DNA from: Octopus vulgaris
Lineage: Eukaryota
Direction of reading: 5' to 3'
Assembly (NCBI GenBank): GCA_951406725.2
Contig: OX597834.1
Span: 10,230,001-10,294,000, forward strand
DNA length: 64,000 bases
How positions within the stretch are numbered: the first letter of the stretch is position 1; each line of letters starts with the position of its first letter. Made by a program: the position numbers and the translations under genes. Positions 1-12,720 of this stretch are shown piece by piece. The notes beneath the pieces are model-generated. The model was not told the DNA's origin and made no database searches. It worked only from the letters and a program-made list of their open reading frames with translations.

Positions 1-630
1 CAAAACCTCCACTCTCTATATCTTTTTTCACTTCCATCTTGCATCTTAATTTCTGTGAAAGATATTATCTCGTTTGGGAGTTACAGAGAGCGATAATCAC
101 AAAAATAAAACAAAAATTAAAACAATAAGACTTGTAATATGGTGTATGGCGCCCCTCCAAATTAATCAGTAGCTGAGGGCCTAATGGAGACCAATTTCAA
201 GTTTCGGAACAGACATATTACGTGGTACGATGGCGCTCCTAGGCGCTTAGGTGCTAAGTGTATGCATTTATAACAACGGATGATTCTAATTTTCTTTCTA
301 GCCCAACTCGTTTTATCAGTGTTGTAAATGCAATGGAATATTTTTAATACTCAGATTGATATCAGAATCAAGGAAACCATCCTTGAAGATAGATATACTA
401 AGAAATACGTATGTCTGAATAGATGTGTGTATATATATATATGCGTCCGTGTTTGTATGTGCATGTGTTTCTGCGTATGTTTGTGTCTTACGTATATACG
501 TACACATACAAACACACATAGATAAATGTATGAATGAATCTATGTACATATATACATCACCATTACCGTTTCTGGGGCGGCAAGGAATACAAAAGCAGAC
601 AAATGAAAGTGCAAATAGAAATTGAATGCA

Positions 631-778
631 TTGCTAACCAACCACATAGTTCCGGGTTCAGTCCCACTGCCTGGCATCTTGGGCAAGTGTCTTCTGCTAT
701 AGCCCCGGGCCGACCAAAGCCTTGTGAGTGGATTTGGTAGACGGAAACTGAAAGAAGCCTGTCTTGTATATGTATGTG

Positions 779-819
<41 letters not shown>

Positions 820-1037
820 GTGTGTGTCTGTGTTTGTCCCCCTAGCATTGCTTGACAACCGATGCTGGTGTGTTTATGTCCCCGTGAATTTAGCGGTTCG
901 GCAAAAGAGACCGATAGAATAAGTACTAGGCTTACAAAGAATAAGTTCTGGGGTCGATTTGCTCGACTAAAGGCGGTGCTCCAGCATGGCCGCAGTCAAA
1001 TGACTGAAACAAGTAAAAGACTAAGAGAGTAAAAGAG
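631..1037 (+). mobile_element. tRNA-derived SINE family A, 5'-truncated
   Basis: B-box-like GGTTCAGTCCC, central (TA)/(TG) tract, tail GGCGGTGCTCCAGCATGGCCGCAGTCAAATGACTGAAACAAGTAAAAGAG. More than 10 similar copies in the window. Confidence 0.9.
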
Positions 1038-1297
1038 TATATACAACTCCATTACCGTTTCTTGGGCGGCAAGATATACAAAAGCAGATAAACAAACCGT
1101 TGTACAAATAAATATTGTATGCATTGTGTATAGATGTATGGCTTTGTACTTGAGTGATTTTTCATATCATTGTCTTCAAAAAAAAAAAAAATAATAATAA
1201 TATAATAAAATAGAATAAAAAAAGAAAAATCGATAAAGCGTTTGAAATTCCTATTAAAATTCCAAACTTTTCGTTTGTTTTTTTTTTGTTTTTGCAG

Positions 1298-1479
1298 GAC
1301 TGGTTCGCCTTCAGGAAGTCCTGAACGCTGCGAGCAAATACGACTTTCAAATAACGGTACGAAAATTACAATTACGAGACGGAAAATATATTTCGCAATT
1401 AAAGGAAATCCAACAACACGGCGAAACTCGAATCATTGTTGACTGCAACAATAATACAATCTACAATTTGTTGAAGCAG
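1298..1479 (+). CDS. GRIK2-like: Internal coding exon (182 bp) of an ionotropic glutamate receptor, kainate type, amino-terminal domain
   Basis: Polypyrimidine tract + TTGCAG acceptor and CAG|GTGAGG donor. Reads (G)LVRLQEVLNAASKYDFQITVRKLQLRDGKYISQLKEIQQHGETRIIVDCNNNTIYNLLKQ, matching the kainate ATD segment recalled as GLIRLQELIKAPSRY...KEFHVIFDC...ILKQ. Confidence 0.93.
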
Positions 1480-1770
1480 GTGAGGAAGAGAAATATTTCT
1501 AAGATATGATCTATGAATTTCAATATATTCAATAAAACTGTAGTAAAAAAAAAAAAAGAAAAGAAAAAAACAGTATTGCACAATTTGAAAGTGAACATAC
1601 AATTTTAACAATACACTGAAGAATATAACATTTTCGAGCGACATTCCAATTAATTATTTTCACTTTAAATAACAGCACAGAAAAATAGAATAATTGCAAT
1701 TTCCTTACGTGCATTCCAACACACACACACACACACAAGAAACAAACGCCTACACACACCTATCTATCTA

Positions 1771-1814
<44 letters not shown>

Positions 1815-2070
1815 TTTGAGGGAATAAAATCCAACTTTACGAGGAAAAAGAAGTCAATTTAGAAATACTAAATCAAATTCCACACAATATAATATATATA
1901 AAATATTAGAAAAAAACCCACCTTTTATCAATTCAAAATGAATAATTAAATTACACCATCAAGAAAATTATATATAATAGAAAAGTTAAAATTAAAATAA
2001 CAATGGCGTGCCTCAGCATGGCCACAGCTCATTAGCTGAAACTGGAAAATCAAAATCAAAAATAAAAAAA

Positions 2071-2202
2071 AATTAAACAGTAAAGATTATGTAAATTACA
2101 AGAATAATATAACTTATATAATAGGTAGAAAAATATATACCTATATATATAATATACCTATTATATTATTCTTGTAATTTACTTAATCTTTACTTTTTAA
2201 TT
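2071..2202. repeat. AT-rich inverted repeat, about 42-bp arms
   Basis: AATTAAACAGTAAAGATTATGTAAATTACAAGAATAATATAA and its reverse complement at 2161-2202 (2 mismatches). Confidence 0.75.
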
Positions 2203-2876
2203 GTTATATATATATATATATATTTGCAGCTTTTAATAAAGCTGTTCTTTGTATGAAACAATTGTACTGAACAACTAATCCATTCTTGTTGCTTTTTTCT
2301 TGTGTGTATATATATATATATATATATTGACACAGATAATAAGGAAAGAGGGAGACTGTATTTCTTATCAAAACTGATAGCGGGACCTTTTGAATCGACT
2401 TGAGGCTCAGGTCACTGCTATATTCAGATGAAAACGTTTTCGCATGAACCTCACAGTGGATTGACATTCAGGACACAAGATACGGTCTCAGCTTCAATTT
2501 TGATGAGAAGAAACGAACATATCTTTTATAACATGTGTTGAGCTCTCCTTTCTCACTAACCCAACATTAAGGAAAATACAAATACGCACACTCGCACCCA
2601 CACACACACAAACATACTCACAAGCACGCAAGCACGCGCACACACCCATCGTTTTGTATTTGATTTGCACGATTCTCTATGTGAAGTCATGTGTTAAAAC
2701 AAATTTTGTTTTATCTGGGAAGAGTCATACTTCTTTAATGCGTTAATATATAACAGTCACCGGTTCAATTTACATTTATTTTTTATAAATTTTCTCTAAA
2801 ATTTCCGTTGCTTCTCTCTCTCTTTCACACACACACACGCACTGTCTTCCCTTCTCTGGATCTTTCCTTATCCTAT

Positions 2877-2911
2877 GTTTCAGACGAAGAGCTCCGCTCG
2901 AAACGTTAAAC
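2877..2911 (+). ncRNA. Minimal type I hammerhead motif with a core lesion (CAGACGA)
   Basis: gttt CAGACGA a gagc tcc gctc GAAAC GTT aaac. Stems I and II intact, U4 changed to A. Confidence 0.7.
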
Positions 2912-3098
2912 CCTCCTTCTTCCCTTCCTTCCTGAGCGTCCAATAATACTATATTTGTTCCACGTCCTTGCTTTTTCTCTTTGTGTTTTCATGTTTGGAT
3001 TAACCTTATATATATGTGTGTATGTTGTGTGTGTGAGTGAGAGCGTGTGTATTTATATTCACACATATATATATATGAAGATATGTATATCTCTTCTC

Positions 3099-3480
3099 TC
3101 TATATATAAACGGCAGTTTGTCTGTGCGTGTTTCTGTGTGTCTGTTTGCTTGTACCCTCACCCTGACCACGGCTTTCAACCGATTCTGATGAAACTTGAC
3201 ACACACATAGCCCAATGTCATAATTCAAAACTAACGCAGCGAAAATTTTGAAAAGTTCCCCCAGTTCTGAAAAAAATCGATAAATTCGACATGGGGGTCG
3301 AGAATCAGAAACACAAACCGCAAACTGTCTAGGGGACGCAACTCCACCTTTTTTTACTCTCAAAAAAAATTTACCATCATTTTTTTCCATTTTTTTGCTA
3401 TTTTTTGGCTATAACTCTATAAAAGTGATTTATAGTTATTTCCCTTACAAACCTGAGCAACGCCGGGGCGATACTGCTAG
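3099..3480 (+). mobile_element. Non-autonomous Helitron-like element
   Basis: 5' TCTATATATAAA, 3' GC-rich hairpin region (CCTGAGCAACGCCGGGG) then CTAG|T. The 3' region is shared with 14803-15282 and 25416-25640. Confidence 0.7.
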
Positions 3481-3926
3481 TATGTATATAAAATATGTGT
3501 ATGTGTATGTAAGAGAGAGAAAGGGAGAGAGGAGAGAGTAAAACAGAAAGAAAGAAAAAGGCAGATAGAGTGATGTCATTGATTGTTGCGAGTGGGTGTT
3601 TCTTGTACACATCCGTAGTTAACTTGTGAAAAGTATATATTGTTCACCTGATTGCATTATCTCTCACGACCAGAAAATTTGAGTTCAGCCCAAGTAGTTT
3701 CAGCGTTTTCTTTTAACCACTACATCATATATCAATTAGTTTTTAATGGCCAAAAACAGACAACTGATTATACGCATTAATCTTATACGCAATCAGTAAC
3801 GGAAGTTTATTGGCGTCTCCAATTTGCATAATGCGGTAAATGTCGGAAAAATAAATAATTAATTAAATAAATAAAGATTATTGTTACATAGAAATTTCAG
3901 TTGTATGTGACTGTACGTTGTGCAAG

Positions 3927-4079
3927 GCTGCGAGCAAATCCGATCTTCAAATAACGGTGCGGAAACTGCAATTACGAGAGAGAATATATTTCGCAATTAA
4001 ATGAAATCTAACGTAAATGGCCAAATTCGAAACTTTTACTGACTGATACAATAATACAATCTACAAGATACTGAAGCAG
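3927..4079 (+). pseudogene. Degenerate duplicate (pseudo-exon) of the 1298-1479 exon
   Basis: Aligns to 1327-1479 (GCTGCGAGCAAA...GAAGCAG|GTGAG) with indels and in-frame stops. Homology continues into the downstream intron (about 1495-1705 vs 4100-4282). Confidence 0.88.
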
Positions 4080-4432
4080 GTGAGAGAGAGAGAGAGAAGG
4101 ATGTTTTGAAGATCTGATTTATGCATCTAAAATACACAGACTATGGAAAAAATAGTATTTCACGATTTGAAATTGAACGTAAAATTTAACAGCTCACAGC
4201 AGATTATTTTTACCGATATTCCAGTTAATTCCTTTCTATGTGAATAATATAACACAGTTAAAGAGCATATTTGCAAGTTCTCTCTTTTTATTACAACATA
4301 ATTGTACGTATGTACACAAAAACATACACACACACACGTACATATATATATATATTTATATTATATATATGCAGATCTCTACATATATATATACTTATAT
4401 ATACATACAAACATACATACATACATAAATAC

Positions 4433-4802
4433 TTACTCTTTTACTTGTTTCAGTCATTTGACTGTGGCCATGCTGGAGCACCACCTTTAGTCGAGCAAAT
4501 CGACTCCAGGACTTTTTCTTTGTAAGCCTAGTACTTATGCTATCGGGCTCTTTTGCCGAACCGCTAAGTTACGGGAACGTAAACACACCAGCATCGGCTG
4601 TTAAGCAATGTTCGGGGGAACAAACACAGACACATATATACGACGGGCTTCTTTCAGTTTCCGTCTACGAAATCCACTCACAAGGCTTTGGTTGGCCTGA
4701 GACTATAGAAGACACTTGCCCAAGGTGCCACGCAGTGGGACTGAACCCGGAACCATGTGGTTTGTAAGCAAGCTACTCACCACACAGCCACTCCTACGCC
4801 TA
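4433..4802 (-). mobile_element. SINE family A
   Basis: Full-length reverse-complement copy of family A. Confidence 0.9.
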
Positions 4803-5532
4803 CATGCATATACATACATCCATACACACACATATATACATACATACACATGCATACACACATACATATATACTTACACACACACACACAAACATATATA
4901 TATATTTACCGGAGTAAACACAAATGTGAAAAAAGATGGAAAAAAGTACTCAAAATACCAGGGGTAGAGTAATATGCTTATATATGTATGTATGTATATA
5001 TATGTATGAATGTATATGAATAAATGTTTTTGTGTACGATCGAAGAAATATATAAGGCTGGGAGAACAAGGGGCAGTATCTGTTAGGGGTAGGGCTGATG
5101 GAGCAGACAGACATCATATTTGGTATAGTAATACAAATCAAAGTTTATTAGATGCAATATCATGAGGTTTGGTAAAGGAAAACTTAAAAACAAGAAGACA
5201 ATTAGGGGGAGGGGCGACCACTAGCAGGCCATTGATAATGAAACAGGGGAAGTATTATCATATAGTACTATAGTTAAATATTTTAAACAATGTTGCTATA
5301 TTGTATACAGTTGAAGTTTAGGGTTATTCAAAGGATTATTAAGAATATTATAACAAAAGCATAGAAATTTATGAATACTATTGAGCATATATCAAAATAA
5401 TAACTCATCAAAAGGCATCTCTGAATATTGATTAATTGGTATATGCTGGTAGTAATAAAGGAGTATTAAGGTAAAGGAACATGCTAATCATATATTAATA
5501 AAATTATAATCTAACCAGTTTTTAATCACGGT

Positions 5533-5581
<49 letters not shown>

Positions 5582-5778
5582 GAAATATGTTACAAAAAGA
5601 AAATATAAAATAAACGTGGAAATGTAAGGGGAAAATATGAAAAATCAACGAAAATGCGCATTGCACATAAAAAGTCTTTATGAAAGGTAACGACAAATAT
5701 ATACATTTAGATTGACTGAGGTCGTAATAAGAGTCATAAAAGTCATTATTATGAGATAATTAAAAAGTCAGAAAACAA

Positions 5779-5836
<58 letters not shown>

Positions 5837-6069
5837 CAGGGTTTGCAGTATCTTAGTCAACAGTACACATGTAGATTAGGTTCATTGCTTTTAAAGTACA
5901 ACGCTGTAAGCAAATGTGCACGAAGTTTTGCCTAGTAAACTCTAACGTAACTTTTTTCTTAGTTACATATTCTCAATTCATTAGCTCTACCTTTAAGGGG
6001 AAATATCTTGTAGATTAACATTTGTTGCATAAAATTTTTAAAAATCTCAGTGAAATAAGCTAAGAATGA

Positions 6070-6118
<49 letters not shown>

Positions 6119-6337
6119 AATTGATTGGAATTCAGTACGTGACCTGTTATTATAATACGAAAAAAATTCGTTTCTTTTAATTACAAGGAAGCTAAACGCA
6201 TATGAATGGAGAAAGGAAATAAGATCTGAGTTTAATTCGGATTAAATGTTTTGTATGATATACGTGAAAAAAAAAATAATTACAATAAAAAGAAAAAAGC
6301 TAACAAATATGTACACATATATACACACACATTATCA

Positions 6338-6390
<53 letters not shown>

Positions 6391-6444
6391 TGCGCGAATG
6401 TGTGTGTGTGTGTAAGTATATATAAATAGCTGAATATTGATGTC

Positions 6445-6625
6445 AAATTTTGGCACTAGGTCAGCAAGTTCAGGCGTAGGGGAAAGTCGATTAAATTGCT
6501 TCCAGTGCTCAACTGTCACTTATTTTATCGATCTCTAAAGGATGAAACATAAAGTCGACCTCAGCAGCATTTAATCTCAGAACGTAAAGACGGACGAAAT
6601 ACTGCTAAGCATTATGCCCGACGTA
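6445..6625 (-). mobile_element. SINE family B, diverged
   Basis: GGATGAAACATAAAGTCGACCTC...CAGAACGTAAAGACGGACGAAAT matches family B. Confidence 0.7.
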
Positions 6626-6727
6626 CACCACTAATTGTTAATGAGGACGAAGCGTAGCTGATTTATATTTAAGAAGCTATTCACTGAGGATATATCTATA
6701 TATATATCTATATCTATATATATATAT

Positions 6728-7112
6728 ATATTGTTGTATTTATGAATGGTCATATTGCCAGTTTAGTCAATAAAAACACACGCATTATATATTTGGTGTT
6801 ACTTTGCTTCAGCGTTATTCATTTTTTACATTAATCTTAATCATATTTCGGCCAGAGTTCTTTCGTCACACTCCTGTGACCTCATCAGTGGTCCTTTGCT
6901 TTCTTCTTTATTTGTGCGAGGAAAGAACTCTGGCCGAAAGACGATTAAGATTAATGTAAAAAGATGAATAACGCTGAAGCAAAGTAACACGAAATATATA
7001 GTGCCTGCGTTTTTATTGGCTAAACTGGCAACATGACCATTCCCAAATACAACAATATCTATTTCAACACACAATTTCACATCAAAAATCTTGCAAAACA
7101 AATATATAAACG
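6728..7112. mobile_element. Hairpin element (head-to-head inverted copies), putative Penelope-like derivative, family H2
   Basis: Arms about 6728-6864 and 6920-7058 are reverse complements. The right arm has a roughly 50-nt extra tail. Sits in (TA)n. Hammerhead at the apex. Confidence 0.75.
6850..6893 (-). ncRNA. Minimal type I hammerhead motif, canonical core
   Basis: Minus strand: gacca CTGATGA g gtcac aggagt gtgac GAAA g aa CTC tggcc. Confidence 0.75.
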
Positions 7113-7145
<33 letters not shown>

Positions 7146-7641
7146 TGCATATATATATATATATGTGATTTGTGTGCATATATTCACCAAGTTACTTCAT
7201 GTGGAATATCTGAGATGTTTTACACATGTTCAATTATCTTTTAATCAACTGCATCAGTGGATTGCTACTCAGCTACCCGCTTTTTGTTTGGTTTCTATAC
7301 AGATCTGTTGTACTGTTGCTCAGTACATTTTTATAGTAATCTGGATAAATGTCTGTAAGTTTTTCATGAGCTGACTATATATGTTCTCCATTATATGTAT
7401 GCATTGATGTATATACATATGCGTGTATGTAAATGTGTAAGTATGTATGTATGTTTTTGTATATGTATATATATGTTCATATATATATAAATACATAAAT
7501 GTGTATGCACACACACAAGCACATATATATATATATGTTCATATATATATCATATGCATATCCATATATATAATAAGATAAACACATACATACATAGATA
7601 CATGCAAATGTACACTTTGAGAATCGATGCCCATTCTTTAA

Positions 7642-7862
7642 CCCTTTAGTGTTCAGATTACTCTGTTAAATGTAATACTTTTTCACTCAAATTGTTTCGG
7701 ATTAATCCTGGATTATCTTACAGCTTTGAGGTTTCAATGATGTGATTGTTTATTTTTAGAATGGCATTGTAGGTTAGGTGTGAGAGGTTAGATATTGCCA
7801 GTTTGAATATAAAACATGTAGAATATATTGGGCCGGATTTGGCCAGTTTAAACACTAAAGGG
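7642..7862. mobile_element. piggyBac-type MITE
   Basis: TTAA|CCCTTTAGTGTT ... AACACTAAAGGG|TTAA: TTAA target duplication and CCC/GGG termini. Confidence 0.8.
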
Positions 7863-8580
7863 TTAAGGAATGTAATATATCAAAACGCTCATTTTGAAAC
7901 ATTTTTCAATATCGTTCGGTTCTTTGCAACACGCATGGTCAGTCTCGTATGAAATTATGGGCGATACTGTTCTCGTTCTGTCAAGGTAAATTATACTGAA
8001 TGACTCACGAGCTCTTTAAGAAATTCATAAAAATTGTTATCTCTTCTTTCATAAGCAACGAAAAATATTAATATTATAATAAGAAGCTTTATAAGTGGTC
8101 TTTATATCATGGCTAGAATGTTTCCAGGCTAGACATCAGTTATTTACTGCGATTTTGTCACGTGCAATAAAATTTATCATCACTCTAATCGGGAAGAATA
8201 TTTTTAGAATCATTACAAATACGCAAATAGTGCTTTGTAGAATTTGTTTGGTTCTCTTGAGCCACTGATATTTCCCATCACTCAACCATCGGTGTGTACC
8301 AACCCTCAAGTTACTCATTTCGATGTCTCATTTTCTCATATATCATGTAATGTAGCTCGAGCAAAAACAACCCAGTGTATTAAATCTTTATTTCAACTGC
8401 AACAACAGGAAAAAGCAAATGACTTTTTATCAAATTTCGTTTTGGGATTTGGTTTGCAAGATTCTTTATACGAGTTCGTGTGTTGAAGCATATTCTGTTG
8501 TGTCTGGGGAGAGTCATTCTCTTTTAGTGCCTTATTATTTAACACACTCACCGGTAAAATTTCCACTTATTTCTTATTTT

Positions 8581-8617
8581 CTAAAATTTTCGTTGCGTCT
8601 TGCAACCTTTTCAATAA
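8581..8617 (-). ncRNA. Minimal hammerhead motif, U3:A8 variant core
   Basis: Minus strand: tta TTGAAAA g gttgc aagac gcaac GAAA ATTT tag. Confidence 0.6.
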
Positions 8618-8682
8618 TCTTGACCCTGTCCGTTTTTTTACACTGCGTTCCCTTTTATTTGTTTGTGCGCATGTGTGCTGGT

Positions 8683-8713
<31 letters not shown>

Positions 8714-8828
8714 CCTATATGTATGTATGCATGTATAGGCACTCACACACACTGACCAACACATGCGCACAAACAAACAAACAAACAAACAAAAGGGAAC
8801 ACAGTGTAAATAACGGACAGAGTCAAGA

Positions 8829-8865
8829 CTATTGAAAAGGTTGCAAGACGCAACGAAAATTTTAG
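8829..8865 (+). ncRNA. Minimal hammerhead motif, U3:A8 variant core
   Basis: cta TTGAAAA g gttgc aagac gcaac GAAA ATTT tag. Palindromic AAAATTTT stem III. Confidence 0.6.
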
Positions 8866-9105
8866 AAAATAAGAAATAAGTGGAAATTTTACCGGTGAGT
8901 TTGTTAAATAATAAGGCACTAAATGAGAATGACTCTCCCCAGACACAACAGACTTTTATCAATATATATCGCATTACTAATGCGACTTAGAATATTAAAT
9001 CTAGCTGCTTCTATTGAGTCTGGTAATAGCTAGGTAGACTGAACAGTTTCAGATTTAAGTTTCATGGATAGTATTAGGCTTCAGATAGTATATTTAAAGT
9101 CAACG

Positions 9106-9700
9106 AAGGCGTTAAACTAGCAGAAACGTTAGCACGCCGGGCGAAATGCGAAGCCATATTTCGTCTGCCGTTACGTTCTGAGTTCAAATTCTGCCGAGGT
9201 CGACTTTGCCTTTCATCCTTTCGGGGTCGATTAAATAAGTACCAGTTACGCACTGGGGTCGATGTAATCGACTTAATCCGTTTGTCTCTCCTTGTTTGTC
9301 CTCTCTGCGTTTAGCCCCAGGAGGGTAGTAAAGAAATAGGTATTTCGTCTGCCGTTACGTTCTGAGTTGAAATTCCGCCAATGTTGACTTTGCCATTCAT
9401 CATTTCGGGGTCGTTTAACTAAGTACCAGTTACGCACTGGGGGTCGATATAATCGACTTAATCCGTTTGTCTGTCCTTGTTTGTCCTCTCTGCGTTTAGC
9501 CCCTTTGTGGGTTGTAAAGAAATAAGAATCGTTAGCACACCGGAATTTCGTCTGTCATTATGCTCTGAGTTCAAATTCCGCCGAGATCGACTTCGCTTTC
9601 CATCCTTTCGGGGTCGGTGAAAATAAGTACGAGTTGAACAATGTGGTCGATGTAATCGACATATCGCTCACCCGAAATTGCTCGGCATGTACACACGTTT
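9106..9700 (+). mobile_element. SINE family B cluster with an internal 184-bp tandem unit
   Basis: tRNA-like head with GAGTTCAAATT B box and GCCTTTCATCCTTTCGGGGTCGAT core (resembles the MetaSINE domain, from memory). Unit repeats at 9157 and 9341. Confidence 0.85.
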
Positions 9701-9937
9701 AAAATCATTATTAAAGCTAATGAATGGGTCGGGGGCACAGGATTGGCCAAATCATTAGAACCTCGAAAAACTTAATTCAGTGCATTCTACATTTATATGG
9801 TTTGAGATAAAATCCTGGCGCAACTGACTCTGCTAATTATCCTCGCAGGGTCAGATAAAAAAGTAGAGTAGCAATCAAGAAAATCATCGTCCAAATATAA
9901 TATGTACATGTACTAGATATTATTCTTAATATTTTAT

Positions 9938-10360
9938 AAGGCAGCGAGCTGACAGAACCGTTAGCATCCGGGACAAAAAGCTTAAAGGTAATTTTTTCAG
10001 TATTTATGTTCCGAATCCAAATTCCGCCGGAATTGAATTTGCCTTTCGTCCTTACGCAGTCGACGAAATAAGTGTCAGGCGAAAACTGGGGGCAGTGTAA
10101 TTGACCATCCAACTTCCACTAATTTTTTTTTTTTTTGCCTATCGTAGAAAGGAGTGATAAGGTTTGTTATAATGTGAACTTGCAGAACCGTATGAGTAAC
10201 GGTAAAATACTTCACGGTATAATATCCTGAGTTCAAATTACTCTGAGGCCGACTTCATCCGTATCGGTCGTTATTAAAGTCCTGAATCAATGTAATCAAC
10301 TAAAACCATTCCTCAAAAAAAAAACAAAAAAAAAAACGTTGGGCCTGTACCGAAATTTGA
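9938..10360 (+). mobile_element. Two diverged SINE family B copies
   Basis: AGGCAGCGAGCTGACAGAACCGTTAGC head, with a second decayed copy from about 10180. Confidence 0.6.
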
Positions 10361-10672
10361 AACCATTTGTATAGCAGATCCTTAAAGTATATGACCTTAG
10401 TACATCTTCAGTTTTCCGCTATTCATATTCGTGTATTATTTTTGTGATGAGAGAGAGAGAGAGAGAGGAAGAAGACCTCAGACCTCAAAGTACAAATTCA
10501 TGAGCCAAGATGGCTTACGCTTTCTGCAAGTTACTTATACTTTTCATGACTTCTAATCATATGACTGAACTGAAAATTCAAGTACATCAAGTTCACTTGC
10601 AGATCTCTTTTTCCACTATTCACTAAACTATCACTATAATCATCAATATCTATATCAATCAATCTACCTACC

Positions 10673-10756
<84 letters not shown>

Positions 10757-10879
10757 TGCATTCGTGCATACACACAAGTAGAGACTCATATACACGCATG
10801 AAAAAATTATGGTACTAAATGTTTGTAATTTATGCTTTCTGTACAAAATTTATCAATAAAAAAAACCTTACACACAAAA

Positions 10880-10932
<53 letters not shown>

Positions 10933-10974
10933 TGTATTCATGTCTAATATATACATTAATCTCTTCTATTTTAG

Positions 10975-11028
10975 GCTTTACAAGTTACAATGCTATCGGC
11001 AAGTTACCACTTCATATTCACGACGCTG
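10975..11028 (+). CDS. GRIK2-like: Internal coding exon (54 bp) of the same kainate-type receptor
   Basis: CTCTTCTATTTTAG acceptor, CTG|GTAAGT donor, phase 0/0. Reads ALQVTMLSASYHFIFTTL, compared with kainate ALAMGMMTEYYHYIFTTL. In frame with the previous exon. Confidence 0.93.
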
Positions 11029-11160
11029 GTAAGTATAGTTGTTTATATTACATTTCCTCTATACGTAAGCAGAGCCTTTAGGTTTTCGCATATATACACA
11101 TATAGATATATACATATATGTTAATATATGTATGCATACAAATATAGTCACATTTACACC

Positions 11161-11195
<35 letters not shown>

Positions 11196-12325
11196 ATATA
11201 TACGTGTGTGTACATATGTTTATGTATATGCATATATATGTACATATATATGTATTTATATTTATATATGTATACATATATATATATTAGCACATATGTA
11301 TATTACTTCCTTGAATAAGACATACATGATTTAATTAACGTGAAATGAAAGAAAACTTTTGAAAAAAACCTGAAGTTTAATAATCATATGACGTATAACA
11401 AATATATAAATATATACAATATTTATAAAATAATTTATTGTGAACTATTTCTTGATGCCACGAAATAAAATAAGGCAATCGTGTGCATGAAAAGACGATG
11501 CCTGTCTCACTACTCTATGCATGTCTCGCGGGTTTTCCCACGGTAATTACTGGGTATAAACCATGTAATTAAGGATGCACTGAAGGACATTATGTTTTTT
11601 GAGGAGATAAACAACCACCTAACTGTTAGCACTGGTGAATACATACATATATATCACGCAGCAATTTGTTTAAGAAATTTCAATGGCTGTGATTAAAATT
11701 CAAGTTTAGTGACCACTGCTAGGCAACTTGAGAGGGTGTTTTGTAGCATAGACTTTGGTCAAAGGAAGACTCGTTGAAAGGAAGATTCGTTGAATTTCGT
11801 AGACGGAAACTTTGTGGAAGTCCACGGTATATACATGAACATATATATATACACACACACACCACACGCACGCACACACCACACACGCATACATACATAC
11901 ACACACGCATACATATATACATACATACACACACGCATACATATATACATACATACACACACGCATACATACATACACACATACATACATACGTACATAC
12001 ATATATACGTACATACACACACACACACACATATACATACATACATACATATATACGTACATACACACACACACATATATACATACACACACACATATAT
12101 ACATACACACACACATATATATATATTTGCATGTGCGTTTGAATTTTCCTTCAGCGCCCGACAATCGCTGCTTGTTCGCTGACATTTTCGTAACTTAGTG
12201 CTTCAAAAAAAGACAAAGACACGAAAAAGAAAAAAAAAAAAAAAACGATAGATTAAGTAGCAAGCTTAACAGAAAGAAAAAAGAGTAAATATTAATAGAT
12301 GAGCATTTATCATGTTTTATTGTAA

Positions 12326-12720
12326 TAAGCGCAAGCGTAGCTGTGTGGTAAGTAGCTTGCTTACCGACCACACGGTTCCAGGTTCAGTCCCACAGCGTGG
12401 CACCTTGGGCAAGTCTTCTACTATAGTCTCGGACCGATCATATCCTTGTGAGTTGATGTGGTAGACAGAAACTGAAAGAAGTCGGTCGTGTGTATATATA
12501 TATATATATGTGTGTGTGTTTATGTGTCTGTGTTTGTCCCCCAACATCGCTTGACAAGCGATGCTGTTGTGCTTACATGCCCCTAACTTAGCGTTTCGGC
12601 AAAATAGACCGAAATAATACGTACTAGGCTTACAAAGAAAAGTCCTGGGGTCGATTTGCTCGACTCAAGGCCGTGCTCCAGCATAGCTGCAGTTAAATGA
12701 CTGAAACAAGTAAAAGAGTA
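12326..12720 (+). mobile_element. SINE family A
   Basis: Full-length match to family A. Confidence 0.9.

Larger units (their letters stand above)
8444..8952. mobile_element. Long near-perfect hairpin element, putative Penelope-like derivative, family H1
   Basis: 8494-8952 is a palindrome with apex near 8727. The left arm has a roughly 50-nt extra tail. Each arm carries a hammerhead-like motif. Confidence 0.8.

Noticed and set aside
3186-3197. CTGATGAAAC as a hammerhead core
   Set aside because: No stem II. It lies inside the Helitron-like element.
7215-7262. Minus-strand CTGATGC...GAACATGTG hammerhead-like string
   Set aside because: Two core deviations and no convincing stem I.
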